Source: a bacterium (lineage in GTDB: Bacteria > Elusimicrobiota > Elusimicrobia > Elusimicrobiales > UBA9959). Taken from it: a stretch of 64,000 bases of DNA. Every line of letters starts with the position of its first letter. The stretch's first letter is position 1. The position numbers were made by a program, and so were the translations under genes. Shown one piece after another: positions 63,061-64,000 of the stretch. The stretch lies in NCBI GenBank assembly GCA_021811315.1, contig JAJZPF010000010.1, forward strand, positions 3,109 through 67,108, read 5' to 3'. The notes under the pieces were generated by a model. That model searched no databases, had not been told where the DNA came from, and worked only from the letters and a program-made list of their open reading frames with translations.

Positions 63061-63885
63061 ATGTTAAAAGACAAACTTAACGCTGTTCTCAAGATAGACA
63101 GGCGCTGGATCTTCCTGGCCCTGACCGTGGTCCTGTTCGGCGCCATCATCCATCCCCTCGGCCTGCTGAGTAAAAATATCGCCAGGGACACGCAGAACGC
63201 CTACGAGTTCATGGACAAGATCCCGGCCGGTTCCTTTATCCTGCTCGACCTGGACTACGATCCCTCGACCGCCCCCGAGCTCAGCCCCCAGGCCATGGCC
63301 GTGGCCCGCCACGCTTTCAGGAACAATCTGCGCGTCGGGGTCGTAACCTATTCCGCCGGGGCCACCGGTCTCATCGAGCAGCTCTTCGCCGTAGTGCCCG
63401 GCGAGTTCAAGAAAGAATACGGCAAGGACTACGTGATCCTTCCCTACCAGCCTAACGCCGTGGCCGTGATGACGCAGATGGCTTCCGACCTTTACGGGAT
63501 CTACGACAAAGATAAGGACGGCAAGGACACCAGGTCGATGCCGGTCATGAAAGGGATACAGAACTACAAGAACATCTCCCTCGTGGTCTGTATAGCCGGA
63601 ACCAGCATCACGGATATCTGGGTCGCCTATGTAGGCGACAAATACAACGTTCCTTTTATCGCCGGGGTGACCGCGATAAGCCAGCCCGGCTACGGGCCCT
63701 ACCTGCAGAAGAAGCAGATGAGGGGCCTCCTCGGCGGCATGAAAGGCGCCGCGGAGTACGAGCACCTTATTAAAACGCCGGGCAAAGGCTCCTCCGGCAT
63801 CGACGCGCTGAGCCTGGCCCATGTAATGGTCGCGGCGCTGATAATAGTTTCCAATATCGCGATGGTGATCTTGAAGTATTTATAA
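63061..63885 (+). CDS. Hypothetical bitopic membrane protein (274 aa): N-terminal TM, soluble alpha/beta-like domain, C-terminal TM
   Basis: The ATG at 63061 (AAGGA upstream) is preferred over the TTG at 63052; WIFLALTVVLFGAII and VMVAALIIVSNIAMVIL. Confidence 0.6.
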   Translation: MLKDKLNAVLKIDRRWIFLALTVVLFGAIIHPLGLLSKNIARDTQNAYEFMDKIPAGSFILLDLDYDPSTAPELSPQAMAVARHAFRNNLRVGVVTYSAGATGLIEQLFAVVPGEFKKEYGKDYVILPYQPNAVAVMTQMASDLYGIYDKDKDGKDTRSMPVMKGIQNYKNISLVVCIAGTSITDIWVAYVGDKYNVPFIAGVTAISQPGYGPYLQKKQMRGLLGGMKGAAEYEHLIKTPGKGSSGIDALSLAHVMVAALIIVSNIAMVILKYL

Positions 63886-63926
63886 GCGGGCGAAGGCCCT
63901 AATTTTCAGCTGGAGCGTGCATTAAA

Positions 63927-64000
63927 ATGTCTCATACTGTCCTTATAGCCGGAGCCTGGATCTCCGCCGGCCTGACGATCTTCCTGTTCAGTTTCCTTTA
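63927..64000 (+). CDS. 5' end of a further membrane protein gene (runs off the window)
   Basis: ATG at 63927, MSHTVLIAGAWISAGLTIFLFSFL is hydrophobic; only 24 codons are visible. Confidence 0.35.
   Translation, partial: MSHTVLIAGAWISAGLTIFLFSFL

Overview
The window is a gene-dense, high-GC bacterial chromosome segment. My hand counts of single 60-nt lines gave about 70% GC in the core and about 27% GC in the first 450 bp. The organism is probably an uncultured lineage; I cannot place it from sequence alone. Genes at 454-47337 are almost all on the minus strand, and genes at 47518-64000 are all on the plus strand.

Main content:
- **1-2443:** an AT-rich island. It holds several perfect 25-26 bp palindromes and a four-gene, translationally coupled operon: an XRE-HTH plus DUF4065/Panacea antitoxin-like gene, a RelE/ParE-like toxin, and two small unknown genes.
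- **2392-3075:** about 680 bp of hairpin-dense non-coding DNA.
- **3076-21123, minus strand:** a long co-directional run. It contains a GATase fragment, a HEAT-repeat gene and a complete Bat/MoxR aerotolerance-type operon (moxR, DUF58, DUF4381-like, batA, a batB-batC fusion, batD, batE). The Bat operon runs straight into rpiB and a transaldolase-PGI fusion. These are followed by a short pyruvate kinase, rsgA, an ABC-F ATPase and a CDP-alcohol phosphatidyltransferase.
- **22930-30340:** a 1915-aa Kelch/FN3 surface protein with a T9SS-type C-terminal domain, tightly followed by a PorV/PorQ-like porin, plus a membrane-anchored CBM48 protein.
- **30575-47337:** tRNA-Gly(CCC), folE, cca and an acyl-CoA ligase. 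A peptide-type ABC system is split into permeases (with a REC-HD-GYP regulator) and ATPases about 7 kb apart. Also an M20 peptidase, a PAP2 phosphatase, a CorA-family protein, RNase R and dtd.
- **47518-64000, plus strand:** small genes; an orphan GlmL-like ASKHA ATPase module; a GT-C glycosyltransferase; a complete five-gene peptide ABC importer; and a four-gene membrane module of unknown function.

Best candidates for something undescribed:
1. The three-gene GlmL-like module at 49097-52443, which has no mutase partner in the window.
2. The leaderless four-gene membrane module at 61109-64000.
3. The AT-rich palindrome and toxin-antitoxin island at 1-2443.
4. A dispersed heptanucleotide repeat family, (CGAYYYY)n, at seven loci. 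It occurs as direct arrays or as inverted hairpin-forming arrays, and gives GGA/GGAG-rich mRNA just upstream of start codons.
5. A structured element of about 130 nt between two permease genes.

All protein calls rest on motifs recognised by eye. No database search was run.
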